Positions 62,418 through 64,000 of a DNA stretch of 64,000 bases are shown piece after piece. The translations under genes and the position numbers were made by a program. Positions within the stretch are counted from its first letter, which is position 1, and each line of letters begins with the position of its first letter. This DNA is from Trichinella spiralis. Its lineage: Eukaryota. Location of the stretch: assembly GCF_000181795.1 (NCBI RefSeq), contig NW_003526947.1, positions 642,388-706,387 of the forward strand. The letters are read 5' to 3'. The notes beneath the pieces are model-generated. The model had not been told where the DNA came from. It was given only the letters and a program-made list of their open reading frames with translations, and made no database searches.

Positions 62418-63601
62418 AAGCTGATTCGATCAGCAGCACTGTTTTTAATATTCGCTTTCTATAAATAATTTCAATAGAAATGTTGTTCTTTGTTTTAATG
62501 TCAAAAATTCTTGAAAATAAAATTTACTATATTTTGTTTTGTTTTCAAATAGATTTAATGGAAATTTTCAAATTTGTAAGCACTGCTATATACATTTTTG
62601 CCTTAGAATTAGCAGTTTTTGTGGTTAGGGCTTAAAAATGAAAATCCAGTCGTTGAAACGGCAAGAAATGGGAAAATATTGTTACATAGTTTAATCATTT
62701 CCTTGTTTTCCGGGAATCGAAATGCATTTGTGAGACTTCAGTATTTGTTTTCCTTTCAGCTAACATACACCCAAATTATGTCGGCCCAGCGGATTGAACA
62801 ATGGAACCAAAATTATTAAGTTCTTCAAAACAAAACGTAAGCGTTTTAAGTGTTTACTTTTCCAAAAAGCAAACATTTCATGGGATCCATTTACGGTTAC
62901 CATCTTTTTCATTCATGAAACTCATAATTGATACCACATGTGTGGCTATTTGAATTTACTTTTGCTAAGTTATGAAGATGCTTTTTCCGGTTGCATAAAT
63001 AAATACCATATGTTTTCCCCCCCCCCGCGAAACTTCCTAATATATGCTGGGAAAAAAAAAAAATTCACAACTGAATGTCAAATTATAAGGCTCGGGCATG
63101 GTAATTGTTCGAAACTTTTAAAGTATGAAATATTAAATACCGAAGAAATTATTCCATGCTTGTCATGGAACTGGCAATGTTTTNNNNNNNNNNTTGTATA
63201 CATTGCACATTTTATCTTTTTTTTGAAAAAATAAACTTTTTCATTAATAAAGAATTGTTGTGTGTTGTTGCATTGTCTTGGTTATATTAAAAGAAAAATT
63301 TTTTTTCTTACTTTTAAATAGATTAATAATTTACATGTATTACGTGTATTATTTGATTTTTCCCCCATTTTAACTGTTTTGCTTTTGTTCCTATAAACTA
63401 ATTAATATTGCTGGCTGGCAACTAGTAATGGCAAACATGATTTTCCCCTTTTTAACTAATCCTACATGAGCATCATCGTTAAGAAATAACGCAGTATTGG
63501 TCTTTTGTTACGTCTGTGTATTGTGTCTTTGTAATGAAGAAGCTTTCCACAGTCGACTTTGCCAAATCGTATCTTCTCCAACGTGCCAATACTTACCTCA
63601 C

Positions 63602-63650
63602 TTGACCAACGAACGGAATTGACCAACGAACGCAATTGACCAACAAACGA
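63602..63650. repeat. Three-copy 17-bp minisatellite TTGACCAACGAACGSAA
   Basis: ttgaccaacgaacggaa ttgaccaacgaacgcaa ttgaccaacaaacga. Confidence 0.8.
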
Positions 63651-64000
63651 TTCGATCCAACCTATCCACAACCTTTCACCGATCTTGGCTTTCTCCATCT
63701 GTTTTCTTTCTTGTCCATGTGCATTATTTTTCCATAGTTTATTACGTGTTTACTGATTTGTATGCAATGCTTTCATGTGTCAGAGATTTTACAAAGTCAA
63801 ACTCAAAATAAACGAATCAGAGAAAAAATATTTGGAGAAATAAAGTGAAAAAAAACAAAATGTACAATATAAGAAGAAAAAAAGTGAAAATCAAAGAAAT
63901 CAAAAGATATAATGGGAGAAATTACAGAATGAATAAAATGTATAACATAAAGTAAGGGAAAATAAAGTTTAAATGAATGTTTGAAGTTTAACAGTTTGAA

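Larger units (their letters stand above)
53975..62800. repeat. Tandem segmental repeat, unit ~3970 bp, at least 2-3 near-identical copies interrupted by N gaps
   Basis: The sequence from 54021 recurs at 57991 and 60752, and ~57099-58728 recurs from 59868. N gaps at 58729-58738, 59858-59867 and 63184-63193. Confidence 0.95.

Overview
This is eukaryotic, AT-rich, intron-dense DNA (most introns about 50-70 nt, abundant TAA/CAA microsatellites). It most resembles a clade I nematode such as Trichinella; that is an inference from gene style and content, not proven. Gene order: intronless Frizzled-1/2/7-type receptor (-), NOP58 (+), Wnt10/lin-44-like ligand (+), calmodulin-like protein (-), NDUFA8 (+), an orphan single-exon ORF (-), FAM91A1 (+), naked cuticle (+), ARNT/aha-1 (+), evectin/PLEKHB-like PH protein (-), ZIP11 (+), MRPL24 (+). 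These are followed by a ~3.97 kb tandem repeat, broken by N gaps, that carries a 76-aa single-TM ORF and a structured GC-rich element. Main points of interest: (1) a Wnt receptor, ligand and feedback inhibitor lie within ~35 kb; (2) nkd, which C. elegans lacks, is present, and its first intron carries TCF HMG sites plus exact GCCGCCR Helper sites; (3) the Fz1/2/7-NOP58 pairing mirrors human FZD7-NOP58; (4) ZIP11-MRPL24 looks like an operon; (5) the orphan micropeptide unit is tandemly amplified. Exon boundaries were read by eye and family calls come from remembered motifs; no searches were run.
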